From Eubacteriales bacterium (GTDB lineage: Bacteria; Bacillota; Clostridia; Oscillospirales; CAG-382), in assembly GCA_045593165.1 (NCBI GenBank), contig JAZNWF010000046.1, forward strand, positions 23,404 through 87,403: a stretch of DNA of 64,000 nucleotides, in the 5' to 3' direction. A model generated the notes under the pieces. It was given only the letters and a program-made list of their open reading frames with translations, was not told the DNA's origin and searched no databases. The position numbers were made by a program, and so were the translations under genes. Shown here in pieces: positions 1 through 8,599 of the stretch (the first letter of the stretch is position 1; every line of letters starts with the position of its first letter).

Positions 1-815
1 AATTTTTCCGCCTCGTTGATATTCGCATTCCGTAAATATTCTGCATAGCCTCTGATAGAGGTAAGAGGGGTTCTCATTTCATGGGCAAGGTTATCAAGCA
101 TTCGTTGCTTGGTTTGCGCAACAGCCTCCAATTCTTCCATTTGATTACCTATATGCTCTGCCATTCGATTAAAATCTTCTGCCAATATGGAAAATTCATC
201 TTTTCCGCTTACAGGTGCTCTGGAATTGAAATTGCCATTTGATATTTCTTTGGTAGCGAAACGCAATTTTTCCAAAGGCTTGGCGAGCTTTCTGAGGATT
301 AAAAACAAACATATTGCCAATATGACCGAGGCAACAACCGAAGCGCAAATATATACCGCGGAAAGTTGTTTTAAATCCTCGTCCAAATAGCTTATATTTT
401 TCGCATATATCAAAATGCAATTTGTATTTTCGATAGGCTCGGCAACAACAAAAAATCTTGTGTCATTTATAGTTTGTATTAAATAAGTTCCGCTAACGGG
501 GATTTTGATTCCTTCGTTTAGATTGCTGTAAACGATATTGTTTTCGTCAACGTTAAAAAATGCCAAACTTATATTGTTATCATCGTAATGCTCGCAATAA
601 TTACGCATCAAAATCTTTTGTGTGGATGCAAGATTAAGATATTTTGAATCCTTTTGAAAGCCTTCGGCAATAACACGGCTTTCTTCTTGGCAAAGCGAAT
701 ACGCGGCTTTGGTATTGCTTGTATACGTGTAATACGCAAGCGAGAATATGCCGGTGTTAAGGAATATCAAAAACAGCAAAAGTGTGATTATATACGTTTT
801 TTCTCTGAATTTCAT
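1..815 (-). CDS. Sensor histidine kinase, N-terminal portion (catalytic C-terminus lies beyond window start)
   Basis: Minus-strand frame is open from ATG at 815 to the window edge; it is absent from the ORF track because it is unterminated. My translation gives TM segments (MKFREKTYIITLLLFLIFLNTGIF; VYICASVVASVILAICLFLIL), a HAMP-like linker and the HisKA H-box LAHEMRTPLTSIRGYAEYL. ATGA overlap with the response-regulator stop. Confidence 0.85.
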   Translation of the reverse strand, partial: MKFREKTYIITLLLFLIFLNTGIFSLAYYTYTSNTKAAYSLCQEESRVIAEGFQKDSKYLNLASTQKILMRNYCEHYDDNNISLAFFNVDENNIVYSNLNEGIKIPVSGTYLIQTINDTRFFVVAEPIENTNCILIYAKNISYLDEDLKQLSAVYICASVVASVILAICLFLILRKLAKPLEKLRFATKEISNGNFNSRAPVSGKDEFSILAEDFNRMAEHIGNQMEELEAVAQTKQRMLDNLAHEMRTPLTSIRGYAEYLRNANINEAEK

Positions 816-1459
816 AGTTCAAATCTGTATCCGGTCTTGTATAAGGTCTTAAGCCGGTCCTTTAGCCCCAATTTTGCGCGTATCTGCCGTATGTGAACGT
901 CAACGGTGCGCGTGTCGCCCTCGTAATCGTAGCCCCATACGAGAGAGATCAATTTCTCGCGCGAGAGTGCGATGTTCCGATTCAGCACAAGCGTTTCTAT
1001 AAGCGCATATTCCTTTGGCGTAAGTACGACCTCCGCATTATCCCGATATACCTTTTTTGCAGAAAAATCGATTTCGATATCGTCAAACGCGAGTCTTTTT
1101 TCGCTTCGGCTCGTACGTCTTAATACCGCACGTACACGGAGTAGTAATTCCTGCATTTCGAATGGCTTTACGATATAATCGTCGGCACCGAGGCTCAAGC
1201 CCTTTAATCTGTCGTTTATGCCGTCCTTTGCGGTAACGAATATTACGGGTGTTCCGTTTGCGTTCTTTATCAGCTCGAGCCCCGAAATACAGGGGAGCAT
1301 AATATCAAACAGCATCAGATCGAACGTCTCGCGCTCCATTATGCTTGTCGCTTCGTCGCCGTCGGACGCCGAAACGCAATTGTGTCCGACAAGCGTGAGG
1401 TTTTTGATTATAAGATTTCGTATAGGACGCTCGTCCTCAACAACCAATATTTTTGCCAC
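812..1459 (-). CDS. OmpR-family two-component response regulator
   Basis: 215 aa. Receiver domain (ILVVEDE...DLMLFDIMLP...KP) plus a winged-helix trans_reg_C end (TRTVDVHIRQIRAKL...GYRF). Coupled to the downstream kinase. Confidence 0.93.
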   Translation of the reverse strand: MAKILVVEDERPIRNLIIKNLTLVGHNCVSASDGDEATSIMERETFDLMLFDIMLPCISGLELIKNANGTPVIFVTAKDGINDRLKGLSLGADDYIVKPFEMQELLLRVRAVLRRTSRSEKRLAFDDIEIDFSAKKVYRDNAEVVLTPKEYALIETLVLNRNIALSREKLISLVWGYDYEGDTRTVDVHIRQIRAKLGLKDRLKTLYKTGYRFEL

Positions 1460-1597
1460 GCTAAAAGCACCTCCGAAAGCATTATAGCATATTTTACCCG
1501 ATAATTGTTATGAATCTATTAGAACGTCGATTTTTCTTGACTTTGATTTAAAATGCTTTATAATTGTTTTCGTGAAATAACGATTGGAGGCGGCATT

Positions 1598-2473
1598 ATG
1601 ACTTACGAAGAGATAAATAAGTGCAATACGGTTATATTCGACCGTCTTGCTCTGCTTTTGAACACGCGCCCCGATTTTGTCACGAAGGAAATGGTGTATG
1701 AGCTTGTTGATGGCTTCGGCTTGTCGGTTTTCGATGCATTTTCGCTTCTTTTTTGCGCTGCGTTGGGATTCGATACCGAAAACGAGTTTGACCGGGAGCT
1801 TTGGGAATCCTATTCGCCGCATATGCTTCATCATCTTGACGAAGCGTTTTTCACAAGCGACCCCTATTATTCCGCCGTTCGTATAAACGACGGCAAGAAA
1901 ATCGGCGAGTGGGAGCTTCGCGAGGATACTCTGCCGCCGTTTTCTGCGTTCGTGTGCGATGATCCGATAACTCTGCCCGACGGAAGAGTTATACCGCAGA
2001 TAGGCTTTTTTGATACCGAGTTTAAATTTTTAAGCGTGCTCCAGAACGGACGCGAGTGGATGACGATGATGCCGAACGAGCTTGTCACACAGCGCGCTCC
2101 TATTCTGAAGGCAAAGGGAAGAGTGGCGACCTACGGCTTGGGGCTCGGATATTTCGCGTTTATGTGTGCACGTAAGGAAGAGGTTGAAGGCGTAACGATC
2201 GTCGAGCGCGACGAAAGCGTGATAAAGCTGTTTAACGAGCTTCTTTTGCCGCGCTTTGTTAACCCCGAAAAGATAGAGATCGTGTGCGCCGATGCTTTCC
2301 TGTTTGCCGAAAAGGAAGCACCGAAGCGCAATTTCGATTATATCTTCGCGGACATCTGGCACGATCCCTCCGACGGGATCCCCGCGTATAAACGCTTCAA
2401 GGAGCTCGAGCACCTCTGCCCGAATACGAAATTCGATTATTGGATAGAAAAAACAATGAAATTGTATATGTAA
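1598..2473 (+). CDS. Class I SAM-dependent methyltransferase-fold protein (spermidine-synthase-like), function unknown
   Basis: GGAGG RBS sits 6 nt before ATG 1598; the track ORF starts earlier, at 1553. Motif I-like YGLGLGY, then VTIVERD and FDYIFADIW acidic loops typical of the Rossmann MTase fold. Confidence 0.6.
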   Translation: MTYEEINKCNTVIFDRLALLLNTRPDFVTKEMVYELVDGFGLSVFDAFSLLFCAALGFDTENEFDRELWESYSPHMLHHLDEAFFTSDPYYSAVRINDGKKIGEWELREDTLPPFSAFVCDDPITLPDGRVIPQIGFFDTEFKFLSVLQNGREWMTMMPNELVTQRAPILKAKGRVATYGLGLGYFAFMCARKEEVEGVTIVERDESVIKLFNELLLPRFVNPEKIEIVCADAFLFAEKEAPKRNFDYIFADIWHDPSDGIPAYKRFKELEHLCPNTKFDYWIEKTMKLYM

Positions 2474-2475
2474 AG

Positions 2476-2506
2476 AAAAACCGCTTGGTGATTCCCAATC
2501 GGTTTT
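2476..2506. terminator. Bidirectional intrinsic terminator between convergent genes
   Basis: aaaaaccgcttgg-tgattc-ccaatcggtttt: stem with A-run on one side and T-run on the other. Confidence 0.7.
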
Positions 2507-2508
2507 AT

Positions 2509-2530
2509 ATTATTATTATTATTATTATTA
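2509..2530. repeat. Trinucleotide microsatellite (ATT/TTA)x7, read as seven in-frame TAA codons on the minus strand
   Basis: attattattattattattatta read directly. The last unit is the stop codon of the 2528-3232 gene. Confidence 0.95.
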
Positions 2531-3232
2531 TGTAAACAACTGACTTGCCGTAGCCAAATCCTCGTGATTGTCTATTTCGAACCAACGTCCTACAAGAGGA
2601 CATGCGGCAAAATGCACGGTGGACAAAATATCGTTGAGAGCAACCTCGCTCCATAATTTGAGTTCGGACTTTTGTTCAATATATTCGGCACATTTGCCAA
2701 AGAACGCTTTTGCACCCTCAGCGGAAAATTTATATACGTCGATAGATGCACCCAACGCTTGTTCCTGCGGTATTGCCTTCGATATTTGAATTAGTCTTCC
2801 GTTATCCTCGACTACCTTCATAGATTCTTCAAGATATCTGCCAATGTCCGTTACGATTGCATTTTCCGCATTGAAATCAAGCAACGCCGTTATGACAGAA
2901 TTATCGAAAAAGACGTCGGCGTTCATCATAATAAATCCCTTGCCGTCCATCGCGTTTCTTGCCAAATATGCTGAATACATATTGTTTGTGGTTGCATAAT
3001 CAACACTGCGAATCACCTTGATATCGGGAAAATGTTCAGCGAGCCGGCTTTCAAGCACATCTGCCTTGTATCCGGATACAACGGTTATGTCAAAAATACC
3101 GTTTTTATGCAAATTATCGATCTGTTTAAACAAAATCGGCGTTCCGTTTACAGGAACCAATGATTTTGGACAATTATCGGTTATGGGTGCAAGTCTGGAG
3201 CCGAATCCGGCGGCTAATATCAAAGCCTTCAT
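2528..3232 (-). CDS. Sugar/alcohol-phosphate nucleotidyltransferase (LicC/GlmU-fold cytidylyltransferase-like)
   Basis: 234 aa. N-terminal MKALILAAGFGSRLAPIT...PKSLVPV nucleotide-binding signature. ATGA overlap with the upstream dehydrogenase gene. Confidence 0.8.
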   Translation of the reverse strand: MKALILAAGFGSRLAPITDNCPKSLVPVNGTPILFKQIDNLHKNGIFDITVVSGYKADVLESRLAEHFPDIKVIRSVDYATTNNMYSAYLARNAMDGKGFIMMNADVFFDNSVITALLDFNAENAIVTDIGRYLEESMKVVEDNGRLIQISKAIPQEQALGASIDVYKFSAEGAKAFFGKCAEYIEQKSELKLWSEVALNDILSTVHFAACPLVGRWFEIDNHEDLATASQLFT

Positions 3233-4263
3233 GTAGTTTCCTCCAATATTTCACGATAAATTTCAGGGAGAATATCGGAATCCAGATCGATTGCGTGCAA
3301 ATAAGTATATCTGCCGCTTCTCATAGAGGTTGCCATTTGCATACAGTTTACAAACGTCGCTTCATCAATACCCAAACGGGCAGGGTTAATATCAACGTCG
3401 AATTTCTTAAGATAATTCAAAACATCTGTGTGGTCGTGACCGATAAGCTTCAAAACGGCAACAGTGCCCAACGCCACCTGAATACCGTGAAGACTCGGCT
3501 TTTCGCAATAATAGTCAAGCGCGTGGCTGAATAAATGCTCCGAGCCGCTAACGGGGCGGCTGCTTCCTGCGAAATCCATAGCAATACCCGAAAGCACCAA
3601 TGAATTTGCCAAAACCTCTATAAATTCGGGACAAATCTCTTCATACTGGGTTTTCATCAATGCATCGAGCGAGGTTTGGGACATAAGATAAGCATAGCCG
3701 TTCATTTCGTCCTTGCCCTGCTGGCAAGCAAATTCCCAATCCAGAAGCGCCATATAATTAGAAATAGTATCGCCGATACCTGCCTTTATCAGCTGTGTAG
3801 GACTTTTGTAAATAAGCTCGGTGTCGAGAATAAGTATACTCGGCGTAGCACAGCCAAGACTTTTGGGCTTTCCGTCCATACGCTTCAATACCGCGATAGG
3901 CGAAGCGATACCGTCGTTTGCCATGGTGGTTGCAATAGAAACAACAGGCTTTTTGGAAATATACGATGCGTATTTACAAACGTCAAGAACCTTACCGCCT
4001 CCCAAGCCGACGATATAATCTATGTCGGTAGCGATAACTCGTTCCGCCACGGACATCGCATAGGAAATGGTGTTGTTGTCGACATATTCGCATTTTAATT
4101 TTCCAAGCCGCTCAAGCTGCGGGCGTATTTTATCACCAAAAAGCTCATCAACAACGGGATCTGTTACGTAAAGTATTTTTCCGCTGACGTTGTTTTCGGC
4201 AAGAATATCTGTTACATGGTCGATATATCCTGGACCTATTTTTAATACTTTGGATTTCAGCAT
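3229..4263 (-). CDS. sn-glycerol-1-phosphate dehydrogenase-like (EgsA/AraM family, iron-ADH fold)
   Basis: 344 aa. Motifs GLGGGKVLDV, TTMANDGIASP, GIGDTISN and SGSEHLFSHALD..LHG match the G1PDH signature as I remember it from archaeal EgsA and B. subtilis AraM. Confidence 0.72.
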   Translation of the reverse strand: MLKSKVLKIGPGYIDHVTDILAENNVSGKILYVTDPVVDELFGDKIRPQLERLGKLKCEYVDNNTISYAMSVAERVIATDIDYIVGLGGGKVLDVCKYASYISKKPVVSIATTMANDGIASPIAVLKRMDGKPKSLGCATPSILILDTELIYKSPTQLIKAGIGDTISNYMALLDWEFACQQGKDEMNGYAYLMSQTSLDALMKTQYEEICPEFIEVLANSLVLSGIAMDFAGSSRPVSGSEHLFSHALDYYCEKPSLHGIQVALGTVAVLKLIGHDHTDVLNYLKKFDVDINPARLGIDEATFVNCMQMATSMRSGRYTYLHAIDLDSDILPEIYREILEETT

Positions 4264-4314
4264 TTTATCACTTCTCCAATTAAACGGAATACTTATAAAC
4301 GCAATATTTAATAC

Positions 4315-4343
4315 ATTTTATCACAAAAACAGAATTAAATCAA
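4315..4343 (-). promoter_or_regulatory. Putative sigma-A promoter of the G1PDH/nucleotidyltransferase operon
   Basis: Minus strand reads TTGATT, a 17-nt spacer, then TGaTAAAAT (extended -10), about 50 nt upstream of ATG 4263. Confidence 0.55.
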
Positions 4344-4347
4344 CCAC

Positions 4348-4379
4348 AAAATAAAAAGAGGCATTATGCCTCTTTTTTT
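4348..4379. terminator. Intrinsic terminator of the ABC exporter gene (stop codon lies in the loop)
   Basis: aagaggca-tta-tgcctctt, flanked by A-run and T-run. Confidence 0.7.
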
Positions 4380-6109
4380 CTGTTGTAAAGTCCGGCGTAA
4401 ATACCGTTTTGCGCAAGGAGCGATTCGTGATTACCTCGCTCGGCAATGCCGTCTGCGGTCATAACGAGTATCTCGTCGGCGTTCTGAATAGTAGAAAGCC
4501 TATGCGCAACTACAATAACGGTTCTGCCCTTCGCGAGCTCCTCGAGCGATGCCTGTATCTGCATTTCGGTTACGTTGTCAAGCGCACTCGTAGCTTCGTC
4601 GAGAATAAGTATCGGGGGATTTTTAAGGAATACCCGCGCAATAGAGATTCTTTGCTTCTGTCCGCCAGAAAGGTTTATTCCGCGTTCGCCTACAGCGGTG
4701 TCATATCCCTTTTCAAGCTGCATTATATAGTCGTGAATGTTGGCACGCTTTGCCGCCTCGATTATTTCATCGTCGCTTGCGTCGAGATTGCCGTATGCGA
4801 TGTTTTCACGTATCGTGCCCGAGAAAAGAAATACATCCTGCGCAACCATACCGATGTTGCGACGGAGCGAATCGCGGGTAAGCGCGGTTATATCGTGTCC
4901 GTCTATTGTGATAACACCCTCGTCGGTTTCATAAAAACGGGGGATAAGATTGCAAAGCGTTGTTTTGCCGCCGCCCGAAGGTCCGACCAAGGCGACGGTC
5001 TTGCCGCTTTCGATGCTTAAGGAAAGATTCTTTAAAACGCCCTTGCCCGTGTCGCCTGTGGGATAGCTGAACGAAACGTTCTTGAATTCGATATCACCGT
5101 TTACGTCTGTCAGTGTAACAGCGTTTTCGGATTCCTGTTCGATAGGCGTTTCCATGATCTCGCGGAATCGTGCAAAGCCCGTCATACCGTTTTGAAGCTG
5201 CTCGAAGAGTGATATAAAGCGGTTTATCGGCTTTAAAAGCATCGCCATATAAAGAATGAACGCCGCAAATTCGCCGCTGTTGATACCGAATGCGCTTTCG
5301 GGGTTTTCGAAACCGTTGTAGAAGAATATACCACCCGCCACCAATGCCGCGAGGTAGAGAAAATCGGTGAAAAAGGTCATGACCGAGTGGAACTGACCCA
5401 TGGCCTTGTATGCCTTGCCGCGCGCAAGCTTATAACGCTCGTTTGCTTTGTCGAATTTTGCGTTTTCGTGGTTTTGGCTTGTGTAGGAGCGCGAAACGCG
5501 TATGCCCGAAACCGAGGTTTCTACATTGGCGTTTACTTCAGCAACCTCCTCGCGAGTGATGCGGAACGCTTCCTTCATACGTCTGCGCATAAGCACCGAG
5601 AAAAATACAACGAACGGGATGAGTGCGTAGATTATCAGCGTAAGCCAGATATTTATCGAGGAAAGAGCGATAAAAGATCCGATGAACATTATGATCGAAA
5701 GGAACAGATCTTCGGGACCGTGATGCGCAAGCTCGGATACGTCCATAAGGTCGTTTATAAGCCGCGACATAACCGTACCGGTCTTATTTTCGTCGAAGAA
5801 CGAAAATGGAAGCTTCTGCAGACGTCTGAACATATCGCGACGCATATCGCCCTGCATTCTTACACCGACCACGTGTCCCCAATAGGACACGAAATAGTTA
5901 AGTGCCATTTTCGCAAGATAGAGTCCGAGCACGACGCACGCCCACGTTATCACCAAACGGAGATTACGGTTGGGAACGTAGTCGTTGATTATGTTCTTCG
6001 TTATTATCGGGTAGAACAGGTCTGTCAGCGCGATAAGGAACGAGCAGAGCATATCGAACATAAACAGCTTTATGTGCGGCTTGTAGTATTTGATAAATTC
6101 CTTGATCAT
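4364..6109 (-). CDS. ABC transporter, fused permease/ATP-binding exporter (MsbA/ABCB type)
   Basis: Six-TM N-terminal domain; Walker A GPSGGGKTT, signature LSGGQKQR, Walker B ILILDEATSALD. Start chosen at MIKEF (GAGGAAA RBS); the track ORF extends to 6139. Confidence 0.92.
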   Translation of the reverse strand: MIKEFIKYYKPHIKLFMFDMLCSFLIALTDLFYPIITKNIINDYVPNRNLRLVITWACVVLGLYLAKMALNYFVSYWGHVVGVRMQGDMRRDMFRRLQKLPFSFFDENKTGTVMSRLINDLMDVSELAHHGPEDLFLSIIMFIGSFIALSSINIWLTLIIYALIPFVVFFSVLMRRRMKEAFRITREEVAEVNANVETSVSGIRVSRSYTSQNHENAKFDKANERYKLARGKAYKAMGQFHSVMTFFTDFLYLAALVAGGIFFYNGFENPESAFGINSGEFAAFILYMAMLLKPINRFISLFEQLQNGMTGFARFREIMETPIEQESENAVTLTDVNGDIEFKNVSFSYPTGDTGKGVLKNLSLSIESGKTVALVGPSGGGKTTLCNLIPRFYETDEGVITIDGHDITALTRDSLRRNIGMVAQDVFLFSGTIRENIAYGNLDASDDEIIEAAKRANIHDYIMQLEKGYDTAVGERGINLSGGQKQRISIARVFLKNPPILILDEATSALDNVTEMQIQASLEELAKGRTVIVVAHRLSTIQNADEILVMTADGIAERGNHESLLAQNGIYAGLYNRKKEA

Positions 6110-6238
6110 AGTTTTCCTCGGCATTACTTGTTTTAACATATTAATTATACACCCTGCGCGTTTTTTGTCAATAATCGTCTTGACAAAACAGAGGGGTTAT
6201 TATATCATCGAATTATAGAAACGAAAAGGAGTTTCGGT

Positions 6239-7300
6239 ATGGAAAAGCTAAGAATTGCAATAATAGGAACGGGCGGAATAAGCCATTGTCATATGGGCGG
6301 CTATAAGGCGTTGCCTGATAAATGCGAGGTCGTGGCGGTTTGCGACCTTGATGAAGGTAAGGTTAAAGCATATGCCGAGCAGTACGGTGTTCCCGCATAT
6401 TACACCGATTATAACGAAATGCTCGCAAAGGAAAAAATCGATGCGGTTTCGGTCTGCACGTGGAACTCCTCGCACAAGGGTGCAACTGTTGCCGCGTTAA
6501 AGGCGGGCTGTAAGGTTATTTGCGAAAAGCCTATGGCGATGAATACCAAAGAGGGCGAGGAAATGCTTGCCGTTTCAAAGGAAACGGGCAACCTTTTGAT
6601 GCTCGGCTTCGTTCGTCGCTTCGGTAACGATGCGGATATTATCAAAAAGTTCGTGTCGGGCGGCACCATGGGCGATATTTATTATGCAAAGGCGACTTAT
6701 CTGCGCAGAAGCGGATGCCCCGGCGGCTGGTTCGGCGATAAGGAATATTCGGGCGGCGGTCCGCTTATCGACCTTGGCGTTCATGTTATCGACCTTGTTC
6801 GCTATCTCGCAGGCAGTCCCAATCCCGTTTCGGTATACGGCGTGACCTATAATAACCTCGGCTCGGACCGCGCAGGCGGCGGACAAAGCTGGGTGTCTAC
6901 CACCAACGGCTTTGAGTTCAAATACGACGTAGAGGATTTTGCGTCGGCTATGATTCGCTTTGATAACGGACTCACTCTTACCGTCGAAGCGTCGTTCAAT
7001 TTGAATTTGAAGCAGGACCGTGGCGAAATCGAGCTTTTCGGTACCAAATCGGGTGCAAAGATAGATCCTCAGGTCGAGTTCTTCGGTGATATGAACGGTA
7101 TGTTTGTTGATATCAAGCCGTTTGGCAACAGCGCGCTTTCCTTTGACGGACTCTTCAATCGCGAAATTGCTCATTTCGTTGATTGCTGTCTCGGCAATTG
7201 CGAATGCATTTCCACTGCGGAGGACGGCGTAATGCTTATGAGAATACTCGACGCAATCTACGAATCGGCGCGTACCGGCCACGAGGTCCTTATCGGCTGA
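6239..7300 (+). CDS. Gfo/Idh/MocA-family NAD(P)-dependent oxidoreductase
   Basis: 353 aa. N-terminal Rossmann motif IAIIGTGGIS, and the EKP motif (CEKPMA) typical of this family. Confidence 0.88.
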   Translation: MEKLRIAIIGTGGISHCHMGGYKALPDKCEVVAVCDLDEGKVKAYAEQYGVPAYYTDYNEMLAKEKIDAVSVCTWNSSHKGATVAALKAGCKVICEKPMAMNTKEGEEMLAVSKETGNLLMLGFVRRFGNDADIIKKFVSGGTMGDIYYAKATYLRRSGCPGGWFGDKEYSGGGPLIDLGVHVIDLVRYLAGSPNPVSVYGVTYNNLGSDRAGGGQSWVSTTNGFEFKYDVEDFASAMIRFDNGLTLTVEASFNLNLKQDRGEIELFGTKSGAKIDPQVEFFGDMNGMFVDIKPFGNSALSFDGLFNREIAHFVDCCLGNCECISTAEDGVMLMRILDAIYESARTGHEVLIG

Positions 7301-7310
7301 AAATAAAAAG

Positions 7311-7338
7311 AAAAAAGAGTCCTTCGGGACTCTTTTTT
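7311..7338 (+). terminator. Intrinsic terminator
   Basis: agagtcc-ttcg-ggactct followed by tttttt. Confidence 0.8.
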
Positions 7339-7390
7339 GTCCACTTTATAGGTTTTTGTCTGTTATTAATAATGAAAGGGGGAATCTTGA

Positions 7391-7939
7391 GTGCTTTTGT
7401 TTCTTGCACTTTCCGACAAAACATCGGAACGTGAAAAAATATCGCTTCTTTACGAAAAATATAAAAAGAAAATGTTTTATACAGCCTATTCGGTTCTCAA
7501 TGAGCGCTATTTGGCAGAGGACGCCGTGCACGAGGCTTTTATTGCAATATCGCGGAATATATCGAAAATAAACGATGTGGATTCTCCCGAAACCGGAGCT
7601 TACGTATGCCGTGCGGCGAAAAGCCGTGCGTTAAACATATTGGAATCGAAAAAACGCGAATATGAACAGGGTGGATATCTGTATGACAGCGAGGAGATAG
7701 CGTTTGAAGAAAGCGAGTTTGAACGTATTTGTACCGAAAGTGAGCTATCACACATAATAAGATGTATAAACGCTCTGCCCGACAAATACCGTCACGTTAT
7801 CATCCTGCGTTATTTAGACGATATGGCGCCGTTGGACATCGCAGCTCTGCTCGGAAGAAATACGGAAACCGTAAAAAAACAGCTGCTTCGCGGCAGAAAA
7901 ATACTTATGGATTCGATAAAGGAGGAGGGAAGAGAATGA
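7391..7939 (+). CDS. ECF-type RNA polymerase sigma-70 family factor
   Basis: 182 aa with a GTG start after a GGGGGA RBS. Region 2 (AEDAVHEAFI) and region 4 HTH (ILRYLDDMAPLDIAALLGRNTETVKKQL). Confidence 0.88.
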   Translation: MLLFLALSDKTSEREKISLLYEKYKKKMFYTAYSVLNERYLAEDAVHEAFIAISRNISKINDVDSPETGAYVCRAAKSRALNILESKKREYEQGGYLYDSEEIAFEESEFERICTESELSHIIRCINALPDKYRHVIILRYLDDMAPLDIAALLGRNTETVKKQLLRGRKILMDSIKEEGRE

Positions 7940-8598
7940 ACGGTAAAGATAGATTAAAAACAGCCTTGCTTGAAGCTGAAAAGAACAAATACGCGTCGCT
8001 TCCCGAAGATGACTTAATCGATTGGACTCCATCTGCCGAATTTGAAGCAAAAATAAAATGCGTTTTAACAAATAACACAAAAACGCGCAGAAACAGAATA
8101 AAAATAAGACTGGCTGTTGTTGCGGCAGCTTTGGTTGTAATATCATCGGCGTGCATAGTGATGCTTTCAAACGGAGAAGACTCTGCAACAAGCGGTTCTT
8201 TGACTTCCGACGTATCCGATACAGATGTAAACACAAATATGGACATTCCGTTTATGCCCGACTACATCCCCGCGGGATATATGCTCAACAGCTGCAAAAT
8301 ATGGTCGGACGGGAGCTTGGAGATAGAATATATCAACGGTGAAAACCAACTGTATTTCCGTTCCTATCCCGCGGAAGAGGTTGACCTTTCTGTGTTTGAA
8401 GAGGTTTTGCATACGGAAAATATGAGCGGGCTTGAGATATTTCAGGCAAACAATTATAACGGCGTCGCAAACAATAACGTAGCCTGGAACAACGGCAATT
8501 ATTCGTTTGTTATCACGAATACCGACGGAATTCCTCTTGAGGAAATGATACGTATCGCTTTAAGCGTAAACGCTCAACCTTATGAAACGGAGGAATAA
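7936..8598 (+). CDS. Membrane-anchored anti-sigma factor (DUF4367-like C-terminal domain)
   Basis: ATGA overlap with the sigma gene and a GGAGGAGGG RBS. One TM helix (IRLAVVAAALVVISSACIVML). The extracytoplasmic domain ends ...NGNYSFVITNTDGIPLEEMIRIALSV. Confidence 0.7.
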   Translation: MNGKDRLKTALLEAEKNKYASLPEDDLIDWTPSAEFEAKIKCVLTNNTKTRRNRIKIRLAVVAAALVVISSACIVMLSNGEDSATSGSLTSDVSDTDVNTNMDIPFMPDYIPAGYMLNSCKIWSDGSLEIEYINGENQLYFRSYPAEEVDLSVFEEVLHTENMSGLEIFQANNYNGVANNNVAWNNGNYSFVITNTDGIPLEEMIRIALSVNAQPYETEE

Positions 8599-8599
8599 T

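Noticed and set aside
7762-7935. An N-terminal extension of the anti-sigma ORF overlapping the sigma-factor gene.
   Set aside because: The extension is Arg/Lys-rich out-of-frame read-through of the sigma gene. ATG 7936 has a strong GGAGGAGGG RBS and the classic ATGA coupling.
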